Shown here one piece after another: positions 40,512 through 50,398 of a stretch of DNA of 64,000 bases. The notes beneath the pieces were generated by a model. The model was not told the DNA's origin. It saw only the letters and a program-made list of their open reading frames with translations, and did not search any database. The DNA is from an uncultured bacterium (GTDB lineage: Bacteria > Eisenbacteria > RBG-16-71-46 > CAIMUX01 > WJJG01). Made by a program: the position numbers and the translations under genes. The first letter of the stretch is position 1, and every line of letters begins with the position of its first letter. The stretch is from positions 35,546 to 99,545 of the forward strand of contig CAZTDY010000006.1 of NCBI GenBank assembly GCA_964612295.1, given 5' to 3'.

Positions 40512-40719
40512 GTGCCCCCCATCGTTGTGCCATCCTGGCTGGGCCGGACGCCTTCCGACCCGGGTGTCGAAGCGAATCTACAATAGTCTACCATAAAAAG
40601 GGACTTTAGGGGGGTCTAGATGCTGCTATAAAGTGTCGCGAAATGGGATCGCGGCCCAGCGTGCGTGGGCGCGGGTGCCGTTGCTCCTGAGTCTGCTCGC
40701 AACCAATTGGGGTGAATCC

Positions 40720-43017
40720 ATGCAGAGCTCGAGATTCCGTGGCCGCCTCTTGCCCGACCGATGGGCCGCGTTCCTGTCTCTCATGGTCTTCGCCGTGATC
40801 GGGTGCGGGCCGGCCGAGGTCGGGCTCATCGAAGAGGGCGAGAGCGCCTACACGATCGTGATTCCTCACCAGTCCGGCCCCGACGTGCGGCGCGCCGCCG
40901 AAGAACTGCACGATCTCCTGCAGGAGGCCACCGGTGCCGACCTGCCCATCGTTACCGACTTCGATCCGGCTCCTGAGCGAGAACTGCTCGTCGGCCGGGG
41001 CGAGCGGTCGGCCGCGTTCATGTCCGACCTGGATCTCGAAGCCCTCGGCCCCGACGGATATGCATGGAAAGCCAACGGTGGCCGCATCGCCATCGTGGGC
41101 GGGTCGGAGAGAGGAACGCTCTACGGGGTCCATGCCTGGCTCGAGGAGGTCCTCGGCGTTCGGTATTACACACCTGAATTGACCCGCGTCCCACAGACCA
41201 CAGCGCTCACCATTCCAAGCGGGCGCGAAACGCGTACGCCGGCATTTCCCATCCGCTGGGTTCACCTCCCCGGAGGGGAAGATCAAATCTGGTGCACGCG
41301 TCACGGGGTGCATGGCCGCAGCCACCGGGAGGCCTTCTGGGGTATGTTCGTGCATACTTTCGAAACGCTGGTTCCGCCTGCCGAATACGGGGAGGAGCAC
41401 CCAGAGTACTACTCCCTCATCCAGGGGAAACGCCTCCCGGGGCAACAGCTCTGTCTGACGAATCCCGATGTTCTGGCGATCGTGATCGAAGCCTTGAAGA
41501 TTCGGATGGCCGAAAAACCGGCTGCGCGCTACTGGTCCGTGTCTCAGAACGACCGCTACGGTCCCTGCGAATGCGAGTCCTGCCAGGCGCTCGTGGATCG
41601 TCAGGGGGGTCAGGCCGGTCCGCTGGTGGCGTTCGTCAACGCGGTTGCCGAGGCCTTTCCGGACAAGGTGATCTCAACGCTGGCCTATCAGTACACGAGG
41701 CGGGCCCCGGTCGATCTCGAGCCGGCGGCGAACGTGAACATCTGTCTCTGCAGTATCGAGTGCGATCGAGCGGGCCCCCTGGCGGAGGATGCCGACAACG
41801 CGGACTTCGCGCGCGATGTACGTGAGTGGTCCAAGCTGACCAGCAATCTGATGATCTGGGACTACGTGGTGCAGTTCACCAACTACGTGGCCCCGTTTCC
41901 CAACCTGCACGTGCTGCAACCGAACATCCGTTTCTTCGCGGACCACAAGGCCCAGCTGATGTTCCAGCAAGGTAGCGGGTCCTCCTTGAGTCACCTGAGC
42001 GAACTCAAGCAGTACTTGATCGCGAAGCTTCTCTGGAATCCCAATCTGGATGTTGAGGCGGTCACGACCGACTTCCTGGAAGGCTACTATGGCGATGCGG
42101 CCGGAGGGATTGCGGCGTATGTCGATCTGATGGAGGGAGCGCTGACCGGCTCCGGCGAGCGCCTCGATATCTTCAGCAGCCCGGTGATGGAGGGCCGCGT
42201 CTGGCTGACGCCGGAGATCCTCCTTCAGGCGGAAGAGATCCTCGCCGCCGCGGAGGCGAGCGTTCAGAGGCACGCTGAACTCCGCCGGCGGGTGCGAGCG
42301 GTCAGGCTCGCGGTCTGGTACGCCTCGCTCGAACAGGCCAAGCTGTACGGGCCTGAAGCGCACGGCCTGTTCGTTCAGGATCCGGCGGGCGCCTGGAAGG
42401 TTCGCCCCGAGATGATGTCCCGGCTCATGACCCTCACCGCGGACTGCCGTCAGCTGGGATATCACTCGATGCACGAGCGATCCTATCCTCCTGAGCAGTA
42501 CAGGGAGGACATGCAGACCTTCTTCCGCGAGGGGATGGTGGATCATCTGGCGGTCGGCCGGTCCATCGCATTCGAGGAGCCGTTCAACCCGAAGTACCCG
42601 GCCCGTGGGGATCGCACTCTGGTTGATGGTCTCAAGGGGATCAACGACTACTTCTACAGCTGGCTGGGCTGGGAGGCGGCCGACATGGTCGCGACGGTGG
42701 ATCTGCAGATCGTGACCGACATTCAGTCGGTGCGGGCAGACTTCCTGCAGGTGGTCGGTTCCTGGGTCTGGTTACCTCAAGAGGTGCGTATTCAGGCGTC
42801 AACGGACGGCAAGAGGTTCGACACCCTGGCGGTCTTGCGCCCGCAGAACCCGGACACCCGTCCCGATCCGTTCATCGAGACGTTCGACTTCGAGTTTCCC
42901 GGGCGCGCAGCGCGCTACGTGCGGGTGGAGGCCATCGCGGCCAAGACCTGTCCTTCGTGGCATCACGGTGCGGGACAACCGAGCTGGATCTTCTGTGATG
43001 AGCTGATCGTGAGGTAG
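40720..43017 (+). CDS. lipoprotein with DUF4838-like glycoside-hydrolase-like N-terminal domain and C-terminal discoidin (F5/8 type C) domain
   Basis: Lipobox VIGCG. GTLYGVHAWLEEVLGVRYYTPE resembles DUF4838. C-terminal ...RYVRVEAIAAK discoidin-like. Confidence 0.4.
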   Translation: MQSSRFRGRLLPDRWAAFLSLMVFAVIGCGPAEVGLIEEGESAYTIVIPHQSGPDVRRAAEELHDLLQEATGADLPIVTDFDPAPERELLVGRGERSAAFMSDLDLEALGPDGYAWKANGGRIAIVGGSERGTLYGVHAWLEEVLGVRYYTPELTRVPQTTALTIPSGRETRTPAFPIRWVHLPGGEDQIWCTRHGVHGRSHREAFWGMFVHTFETLVPPAEYGEEHPEYYSLIQGKRLPGQQLCLTNPDVLAIVIEALKIRMAEKPAARYWSVSQNDRYGPCECESCQALVDRQGGQAGPLVAFVNAVAEAFPDKVISTLAYQYTRRAPVDLEPAANVNICLCSIECDRAGPLAEDADNADFARDVREWSKLTSNLMIWDYVVQFTNYVAPFPNLHVLQPNIRFFADHKAQLMFQQGSGSSLSHLSELKQYLIAKLLWNPNLDVEAVTTDFLEGYYGDAAGGIAAYVDLMEGALTGSGERLDIFSSPVMEGRVWLTPEILLQAEEILAAAEASVQRHAELRRRVRAVRLAVWYASLEQAKLYGPEAHGLFVQDPAGAWKVRPEMMSRLMTLTADCRQLGYHSMHERSYPPEQYREDMQTFFREGMVDHLAVGRSIAFEEPFNPKYPARGDRTLVDGLKGINDYFYSWLGWEAADMVATVDLQIVTDIQSVRADFLQVVGSWVWLPQEVRIQASTDGKRFDTLAVLRPQNPDTRPDPFIETFDFEFPGRAARYVRVEAIAAKTCPSWHHGAGQPSWIFCDELIVR

Positions 43018-43164
43018 GCACCGCGCGACGTTCACTTCTTGCGTTTCATCTTCCGAGGTGAATGCACCGCCTTGACCTGGCGGACGAACTCCTCGGCCCT
43101 GTGCAGGGCGATGGCTTCGCTGCGGTTGCAGCACGTTCAACGCGGGGGTACTATTCGCCAAGCC

Positions 43165-44229
43165 ATGAGTTCCTCGCGCAAAACGAAGAGGCAAGTCGTC
43201 CGCCAGCGGCGCGCGACCTATCCATGGGCCACGTGGTCGAAAGAGAAGCTGCTGGATGTCCGATTGTGCGATCTTGGCCTCGCCATCGAAGGCACCGTGC
43301 TCGAACGACGCATCGAGCAGCTCTGGGGCGAGCTCGAGCGGCGTAATCTCAAGTTCCGACCATACTTCTGGCTGTCGGACGACTGGTTCACGCCGGATGG
43401 ATTGACCGGTCTTGCCGTCCCCTTTTACCTGGCTCACCCGCGCCTCATCCGGCTCGAGCGGGGTCAGATGGGCGAAGCCGAAGGCGCCACCCAGCGTTGG
43501 TGCATGAAACTCCTGCGGCACGAGACCGGGCACGCCATCGATCATGCGTTCCGGCTCACCAGACGTCGAAGACGCCAACATCTCTTTGGACGTTCCTCCC
43601 TGAGCTACCCGCGCTACTACCGCCCGAATCCTTACAGCCGCAAGCACGTCCAGCACCTGGAGTACTGGTACGCGCAGAGCCACCCGGATGAGGACTTCGC
43701 GGAGACCTTCGCCGTGTGGCTGCAGCCGCGCTCCGGATGGCGCAAACGATACAAGGACTGGCCGCGGGCGTTGCGCAAGATGGAGTACATGGATGAGCTC
43801 ATGCAGGAGATGGCCGGACGGAAACCTCCGGTGAGGACGCGGTCGAAGGTGGACACGCTCCGTGAGCTGCGCAAGACTCTGGCTGAACACTACCGTCGCA
43901 AACGAAGCGCCTACGCGACCGGGCATCCGAATACCCATGACCACGATCTCTGCGATCTCTTTTCCGAGTCGCGCGGTCGAGGAGGACGGGAGCCGGCGGC
44001 GACCTTCATCAGGCGCGTGAAGCCGGAGGTGGTGCGGGCCGCCTCCCGCTGGACGGGAGAACACCGCTACGCGCTCGATCACGTGCTCAAGGACATGATC
44101 GGCCGCTGCCGGGAGCTGAAGCTCTTCGTGGTTGGCTCCGATCGCCAGGTGCAGGCCGACTTCACGATTCTGTTGGTGAAACACACCGTGGAGTCGCTCT
44201 ATCGAAACCGTAGATGGGTGGAGATGTGA
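43165..44229 (+). CDS. putative zinc metallopeptidase (HExxH, Peptidase_Mx-like)
   Basis: LLRHETGHAIDH (HExxH) plus downstream EDFAETFA. Translationally overlapped by ATP-grasp gene. Confidence 0.5.
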   Translation: MSSSRKTKRQVVRQRRATYPWATWSKEKLLDVRLCDLGLAIEGTVLERRIEQLWGELERRNLKFRPYFWLSDDWFTPDGLTGLAVPFYLAHPRLIRLERGQMGEAEGATQRWCMKLLRHETGHAIDHAFRLTRRRRRQHLFGRSSLSYPRYYRPNPYSRKHVQHLEYWYAQSHPDEDFAETFAVWLQPRSGWRKRYKDWPRALRKMEYMDELMQEMAGRKPPVRTRSKVDTLRELRKTLAEHYRRKRSAYATGHPNTHDHDLCDLFSESRGRGGREPAATFIRRVKPEVVRAASRWTGEHRYALDHVLKDMIGRCRELKLFVVGSDRQVQADFTILLVKHTVESLYRNRRWVEM

Positions 44230-45251
44230 GAAAACTCCGGGTTCTCACCTTGGTGGGGCAGGGCCTCGAGCCTCCCAAATCAGTCGCCGATCTGAGCGAC
44301 GATGACATCGAGACCGCTCCCTGGAAGATGGAGTACGATGTCATCTCCTCTCTTCGCGAGCTGGGTCATGAGGTCCATGTGCGGGGGGTCCACAGCGACC
44401 TGACCGTCATTCGGACTGCGATCGACGAACTCGAGCCGCACATCGCATTCAACCTGCTCGAGGAATTCGGGGGGTTGGCCTTTCTCGATCAAAACGTCGT
44501 CATCTACCTGGAACTCAAGCAGCTGCGCTACACGGGCTGCAACCCGCGCGGGCTGATGATTGCCCGGGACAAGGCGATCTCGAAGAAGCTGTTGGCCTAT
44601 CACCGAATCCGCGTGCCCGAGTTCGCTGTTTTCCGTATCGGCCGCCGGGTTCGCTGCCCCAAACGTCTCCGCTTTCCGCTGTTCGTGAAATCGGTGATCG
44701 AGGATGCCTCCTTTGGTATCTCGCGTGCATCGTTGGTGCAAGACGAAGAGAGCCTGATCAAGAGGGTGGCCTTCGTCCATGAACATGTGGGCTCGGATGC
44801 CATCGCCGAGCAGTTCATCGACGGCCGGGAGCTGTACGTGGGCGTGTTGGGCAATCAGCGCCTGGAGGTGTTTCCCACCTGGGAGCTGCTGTTCACCCGC
44901 AAGGACGACGAGACTCCGTTGATCGCCACGGCGCAGGCGAAGTGGAACCTGAAGTACCAGAAGAAGTGGGGGGTGACAAGCCGGGCGGCCCAGGATCTGG
45001 CGCCTGATCTCGTCCGCCGCATCCAACAGCATAGCCGCCGAATCTATCGCATTCTCGGTCTCTCCGGGTACGCGCGCATCGATTTCAGGTTGACCAAGGA
45101 TGATTCCCTCTACTTCCTCGAGGCGAATCCAAACCCCGCTCTGACCTACGGGGAGGATCTCGCCGAGTCCGCGGAACTGAAGGGTATCCCGTACGAGCGA
45201 CTCATTCAGCGTATCCTGAACCTCGGGATGCGCGGCAGCCATGGGTCCTAG
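44214..45251 (+). CDS. ATP-grasp family ligase (D-Ala-D-Ala ligase/RimK-like)
   Basis: ATP-grasp fold signatures (FPLFVKSVIEDASFGISRA, ELYVGVLGN, ARIDFRL...LYFLEANPNP). 345 aa. Confidence 0.7.
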   Translation: MGGDVRKLRVLTLVGQGLEPPKSVADLSDDDIETAPWKMEYDVISSLRELGHEVHVRGVHSDLTVIRTAIDELEPHIAFNLLEEFGGLAFLDQNVVIYLELKQLRYTGCNPRGLMIARDKAISKKLLAYHRIRVPEFAVFRIGRRVRCPKRLRFPLFVKSVIEDASFGISRASLVQDEESLIKRVAFVHEHVGSDAIAEQFIDGRELYVGVLGNQRLEVFPTWELLFTRKDDETPLIATAQAKWNLKYQKKWGVTSRAAQDLAPDLVRRIQQHSRRIYRILGLSGYARIDFRLTKDDSLYFLEANPNPALTYGEDLAESAELKGIPYERLIQRILNLGMRGSHGS

Positions 45252-45418
45252 TCCGAAATACAATCCCGCGACCTCCACTTTTCAGACTCCCCGGGAAACG
45301 TTTGCCTTTCGCCGAACGACTCACCCTGTGAGACGTGTTTCGGCATCCCCCTGCCATACGTAAAGAGCGCACGACAGACGAACCGCCCGTTTTCGACCGG
45401 GGAGAGCGAGGTGATCCC

Positions 45419-48106
45419 ATGATCCGCAAACGCACCCTTGGCCACCTGTGGTTGCTGTGCATCTCCGTCTGTCTCCCGGGGATCGCCGCCGGGCAGGAGG
45501 CGGAACCGATCACCGCGGGCCGCATCGTCGGCAGGGTGATGGATCTGGAGTACGGCCAACCGATCGCACTCGCCCACATTCTCGTTCGAGACCAGAACTG
45601 GGGTACGATGTCGCTCGATGACGGCACCTTCAAGATCGGGGGCCTTCCCCCCGGGCGATACGCCCTGATCGTCGAGATGATGGGCTACCGGCGTCACCTC
45701 GAACCGGGTGTCGACGTCGTCGCCTCCGGGGACACCCGGCTGGAAATCGGGCTCGTGAGTGAGATCGTCGGCGTGACCGAGGTCATCGTCGTCCGTCCGG
45801 AGGCAGGGAAACTGGATGGCACCAAAGCCGAGGTCGTCCAGGAAATCGGAGAGCCTGAGCTCGAGGACATGCTCCCCGATGATCCCACCGAGTTGATCGC
45901 ACAGCAGACCGGGATCATCCTCCACCGCGGAGAGCTGATCGCTCATGGCGCCCGGCCGGGGGACGTGATGCGTATGATCGACGGTGTTCCGGTTCGAAAC
46001 CCGACGGGGGGCGTGGCGCTCTCGCTGGCTTCGCAATCGTTGTCCTCGGCCCGCACGATCCTGGGCGCAATGGGGGCCAACATCGGAAACGCCCAGGCCG
46101 GTGTGATCATGTATGACACCAAGGAGGGATCGGACGTCTTTCAGGGAGAGCTTCGCTACACGACCGATGACTACGGGTCACCGAGCAACACCTACGACAA
46201 TTACGATCGCATCTTCGCGTCCGTGGGCGGGCCGACGTCCGTGACGAACCTGACCTACTACCTGTCCGCGGAACTCACGTTTGCCGATGATCACCCCAAG
46301 ACCGCCGAGAGGCGGACGCGTAACAGGATCCTCAACTTCATCAGTCTGCACGATCGGAAGACCAATAGCTCGCGTCTGCAGGGCAAACTGGCCTTTCGTC
46401 CATCGGTCAACACGAAGATGACCTACGAGGTCGTCCATCAGGACAGCCGCCGGGATGAGTACCACCATGCCTGGAGCCGCGAAGGCTATGTCCAGACCTT
46501 TCTGGATACCACCCGCACGGGCCAGGTTGTGTTACGCAACGGCCGGTGGTCGCAAACGGCGCTCGACTCGACCTATCGCTACTACAATGCGGCCGAGCAC
46601 ACCCCGAACACGCGAGACCAGTTCGACATTCACAAGCTGGTGATCCGCAATACGCTGGGGGACGACTCCTTCTGGAGCGCTCGCTTCAGCCGCCAACACT
46701 TCCTCGACGACCGCCGGGTGCGGGGGAAGCAGGCCTGGGAGTACGAGGGCGATCGAGAGCAGGACTATTGGTTCAACTACTCCGACGGATCGTCCTACGA
46801 CTACTTCGTGATCTCCGGCGACTACCCCTACCTCGGCACGCGGGAATCGGTGGTCTATACGGGGGCCTTTGACCTGACCTATCTGCGCGGGGCCCATCAG
46901 CTCGAGACGGGAGCCTCCCTGCAGTACAACGACATGCGCGTGAGGGAGATCTGGCGGCCGTATCTGACGGACACCGAGGGGGCGATCGGACAACCCAACA
47001 CCAACTATCACTACTACAATCCGGAAGGGTCCCTCTATCTTCAGGACCACTGGAAGTTTGAAGACATGACCGTGCAGGCCGGCCTGCGTTACGACTTCTT
47101 CAGCGTTGGGGAGCAGGTGTCGAACTCCGACGTGCGGTCGAGGATCAAACACCAGATCAGTCCTCGGGTGGGGATGGTCTACCCGATCTCGGATCGCGAC
47201 GTCTTCAGCTTCTTCTACGGGCGCTACTATCAGGTTCCCAGTCGGCAGTATCTGTATGACAATCTGGATTCCTACGATGATGCGCGGGGGAATCCCAATC
47301 TCACCAACGAAACCACGATCAGTTATCAGGCCGCGATTCTGCATAGCTTCTCGAAGATCCTCACGAGCCAGTTCAGCATCTACTACCGAGACATCTATGG
47401 ACTCATCGCCGCGGAGGCAACGCCCGACTGGACCTCCACGGGGGACATCTGGACTTTCGAGAACAAGGACTACGCCTCCGCGAAGGGGTTCGAGGTCAGC
47501 CTGGCGCGTTCGTACCATCAGAGCCACTGGTGGCGGCTGGCCTACACCTGCGGTGTGGCGACCGGCGTCGCATCGGACCCCAGCGCGGCCCTCTCGCAGG
47601 ATCTCATCTACCTTCCCACCGGCGAGATCCCGCTCAACTGGGATATCCGGCACAGCATCGGCGCGAGCGTCTACGTGGGAGATCGCACGACGTGGGGGAT
47701 GAGCTTGAGCTGGAGTTACTCCAGCGGAGCGCCCTATACGCCATTGGAGCGCGATACCCGCGAGACCGAACCCGAGAAGGAGAATTCCCGGCGCCTGCCG
47801 TCGACCAGCGCGCTCGACCTCCGCGCAGACAAGCACTATGAACTGTGGGGCCGGCGATTCTCGCTCTTCGTGCAGGGTAGAAATATCCTCGACGCTCGGA
47901 ACATCACCTATCTGACCCCCAGCAACCGGCCCGATCCTCCTTCGCATGTCGACTATCGGGTCTACTACACTGAGACCGGCCGGGCGGGGGGCGCCTACCT
48001 GAGAGACCTCGACGGTGATGGCCTGGAGGAGTTCGTGCCCCTGGCCGACCCCCGGGTGTTCGGTGCGCCGCGCACCGTCCGCATCGGGGTAAGCTATCGG
48101 ATCTAA
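45419..48106 (+). CDS. TonB-dependent outer-membrane receptor (carboxypeptidase-regulatory-like N-domain + plug + beta-barrel)
   Basis: Signal peptide. GRIVGRVMDLEYGQPIALAHILV CarbopepD_reg-like domain. Plug-like region. About 900 aa with C-terminal aromatic-rich terminus. Confidence 0.6.
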   Translation: MIRKRTLGHLWLLCISVCLPGIAAGQEAEPITAGRIVGRVMDLEYGQPIALAHILVRDQNWGTMSLDDGTFKIGGLPPGRYALIVEMMGYRRHLEPGVDVVASGDTRLEIGLVSEIVGVTEVIVVRPEAGKLDGTKAEVVQEIGEPELEDMLPDDPTELIAQQTGIILHRGELIAHGARPGDVMRMIDGVPVRNPTGGVALSLASQSLSSARTILGAMGANIGNAQAGVIMYDTKEGSDVFQGELRYTTDDYGSPSNTYDNYDRIFASVGGPTSVTNLTYYLSAELTFADDHPKTAERRTRNRILNFISLHDRKTNSSRLQGKLAFRPSVNTKMTYEVVHQDSRRDEYHHAWSREGYVQTFLDTTRTGQVVLRNGRWSQTALDSTYRYYNAAEHTPNTRDQFDIHKLVIRNTLGDDSFWSARFSRQHFLDDRRVRGKQAWEYEGDREQDYWFNYSDGSSYDYFVISGDYPYLGTRESVVYTGAFDLTYLRGAHQLETGASLQYNDMRVREIWRPYLTDTEGAIGQPNTNYHYYNPEGSLYLQDHWKFEDMTVQAGLRYDFFSVGEQVSNSDVRSRIKHQISPRVGMVYPISDRDVFSFFYGRYYQVPSRQYLYDNLDSYDDARGNPNLTNETTISYQAAILHSFSKILTSQFSIYYRDIYGLIAAEATPDWTSTGDIWTFENKDYASAKGFEVSLARSYHQSHWWRLAYTCGVATGVASDPSAALSQDLIYLPTGEIPLNWDIRHSIGASVYVGDRTTWGMSLSWSYSSGAPYTPLERDTRETEPEKENSRRLPSTSALDLRADKHYELWGRRFSLFVQGRNILDARNITYLTPSNRPDPPSHVDYRVYYTETGRAGGAYLRDLDGDGLEEFVPLADPRVFGAPRTVRIGVSYRI

Positions 48107-48193
48107 TTCCAGCTTGCGCGTTCCTGGAGGCATCCCTCAGACTTGTAGCTTCATGATCCACCTGCCTGGAGCCGACACACTGGGGGACGCCGT

Positions 48194-49324
48194 ATGGCCG
48201 AGGACGCGCACAGACCGGATTGGGCCGCCTTGCATCACGCGGTTCTTTTTGGCGACTCGGGGGACCGGATCATCTGGCAACCTCGCATCCTGTGCTGGTT
48301 TGAGGATCGTCAATTCTCGGGTCAGGGGCTTCCCGAACCATATGCCGGCCTCTCGCTCCCGGACCTCTTCCGCAAACTGGGAGTTTCGGCACGCCTCTAC
48401 GAGTACAACATGTGCTTCGAACGAGCTGAGCATCCGGCCGTTCAGGTGCGCACCCGCTCCTTGAACGAGACCGACACCGAACACACGATCGACACTCCGG
48501 CCGGCCAGCAGGTCGCCATCACGCGGCGGACCTCCACCAGCCCTCATCCGATCACCTTGAAGTGGGAGGTGGTGACCAAGGATGAACTGCACGTTGCGAC
48601 CTGGCGCGAGGAGCACGCCAGCTGGTCGTGGAACCAGGACAGGTTCGATCAGCTACAGCAGGAACTCGGTGACCTGGGCGCTCCGACGATGTTCATGCCC
48701 CGCATGAACGTGCAGAGTCTCTACATCGAGAAGATGGGGGTCGAAGGAGGGATCACCGCGATCTACGAGTGGCCCACGGAGGTTGACACCTACTTCCGAG
48801 CGCTGGAGGAAAGCCACGACCGTCTGATCGATGTGATCAACCCCTGTCCGATCCGGGCCATCAACTTCGGTGAGAATGTACACGCCGGCACGCTCTCACC
48901 CGATCTCTTCAAGCTCTACCATCTGCCGGCCTGCCGGCGGCGGTGCGAACGTCTGCATCAGGCCGGGAAGTTCTGCTCATCTCATTGGGACGGTGATACC
49001 CGGTCCTTGCTGGCCTACATCAGGGAGAGCGGCCTCGACGGCGTGGAAGCGATCACGCCCGAACCGCAGGGCGATGTCACCCTCGAGGAGGTTCGCGAAG
49101 CCTTCGGGGATGACCAGGTTCTCTTGGATGGGATTCCGGCCGTCTACTTCGACGATGTCTATCCAGTGGACACCCTGATAGACTGCGCGCAACGGGTGAT
49201 CGACCTGTTCGCGCCGCGGCTCGTGCTTGGTATCTCCGATGAGATTTCATCGAGCGGCGACATCGAACGCATCCGGCGGGTGGGTGAGATCGTGGATCGC
49301 TTCAACGCCCAGGCGCACGCTTGA
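48194..49324 (+). CDS. URO-D family protein, candidate corrinoid:acceptor methyltransferase
   Basis: URO-D-like C-terminal half (LLDGIPAVYFDD...LVLGISDEI). Immediately followed by a B12-binding corrinoid protein gene. Confidence 0.5.
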   Translation: MAEDAHRPDWAALHHAVLFGDSGDRIIWQPRILCWFEDRQFSGQGLPEPYAGLSLPDLFRKLGVSARLYEYNMCFERAEHPAVQVRTRSLNETDTEHTIDTPAGQQVAITRRTSTSPHPITLKWEVVTKDELHVATWREEHASWSWNQDRFDQLQQELGDLGAPTMFMPRMNVQSLYIEKMGVEGGITAIYEWPTEVDTYFRALEESHDRLIDVINPCPIRAINFGENVHAGTLSPDLFKLYHLPACRRRCERLHQAGKFCSSHWDGDTRSLLAYIRESGLDGVEAITPEPQGDVTLEEVREAFGDDQVLLDGIPAVYFDDVYPVDTLIDCAQRVIDLFAPRLVLGISDEISSSGDIERIRRVGEIVDRFNAQAHA

Positions 49325-49337
49325 GGGTGAGGAACCC

Positions 49338-50021
49338 ATGGAAGAACTGCTGAAGAGGCTGGCCGACTGCATCGAATCCGGGAAGGTGGATCGCGAGTCC
49401 CGCTATCCGCCGGCGATGGCGGGGGAGGATGGCGCACGGGAGCTGACCGCCCGGGCCCTGGAGGAGGGTGTTCGGGCGGAGGACCTGCTCAATCGTTCCC
49501 TCCTCGTTGGCATGCACCGCATTGGGGAACGCTTCGGCCGGGGGGAAGTGTACGTTCCGGAAATCCTCTTCTCGGCCAAGGCGATGACTGCGGCCATGGA
49601 ATTCCTCAAGCCCTACTTCGACAGCGGGGAAGCGCAGTATCGCGGGACCGCCATCCTGGGTACTGTGGCCGGTGATCTGCATGACATCGGCAAGAATATC
49701 GTGCGGATGGTGCTAGAAGGCGGAGGATGGCGGGTCATCGATCTGGGAGTGGATGCGTCCGCGGACGCGTTTCTGGAGGCCCTGGAGGAGCACCCCGATG
49801 GCATCGTGGGGATGAGCGCCTTGCTCACGACCACGATGGTCAACATGGCGGATGCGGTTTCGAAGATCAAGGAACGGAATGCCGCGACGCGGGTCTACGT
49901 GGGAGGCGCACCGGTGACTGAACCGTTTTGCGTCAAGATCGGAGCGGATGGGTACTTCCCGGACCCGCACGGTCTGGTTCAGCACCTCTCGAGTGTCGGG
50001 GAGGGGCCGCCTTCCGGCTAG
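49338..50021 (+). CDS. cobalamin-binding corrinoid protein (MtaC/MtbC-like, B12-binding cap + Rossmann domain)
   Basis: DxHxxG B12 lower-ligand motif GDLHDIGKNIV. GxGxxG-like VIDLGVD. RBS GAGGGTGAGG. Confidence 0.75.
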   Translation: MEELLKRLADCIESGKVDRESRYPPAMAGEDGARELTARALEEGVRAEDLLNRSLLVGMHRIGERFGRGEVYVPEILFSAKAMTAAMEFLKPYFDSGEAQYRGTAILGTVAGDLHDIGKNIVRMVLEGGGWRVIDLGVDASADAFLEALEEHPDGIVGMSALLTTTMVNMADAVSKIKERNAATRVYVGGAPVTEPFCVKIGADGYFPDPHGLVQHLSSVGEGPPSG

Positions 50022-50395
50022 GCGGCCTTCTCGTCGAGCAGGCCGCGAACCGTTCCCAGGAGTTCGCCCCGGTCGACCGGCTTCTGGAAGGTCTTCTTGG
50101 CGCCCAGCAGGCGCGCATCGTTGAGACAATCCCTGGCAGCCACGCGGCCGCCTCCCGAGATCGCGATGATGGGAACCGCGGGACACTCCTTGCGGAGTTT
50201 CATGATCGTCTCCAGCCCTTCCTGGTCCGGCATGATGATGTCGGTCACGATGAGGTCGGCGGGGGTTTCGCGTTGAACACGCATCCCGACCTTGCCATTG
50301 GAGGCCTCGACCGTGTCATACCCAGCCTGCCCAAGCGTCATGCACAGCATCGTCCGGACCTGATCGTCATCTTCGATCACTAAGATTCTTGGCAA
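50018..50395 (-). CDS. response regulator receiver (CheY-like, stand-alone)
   Basis: MPRILVIEDDDQVR...DLIVTDIIMPDQEGLE...PIIAISG receiver motifs. 125 aa. Confidence 0.8.
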   Translation of the reverse strand: MPRILVIEDDDQVRTMLCMTLGQAGYDTVEASNGKVGMRVQRETPADLIVTDIIMPDQEGLETIMKLRKECPAVPIIAISGGGRVAARDCLNDARLLGAKKTFQKPVDRGELLGTVRGLLDEKAA

Positions 50396-50398
50396 AGC

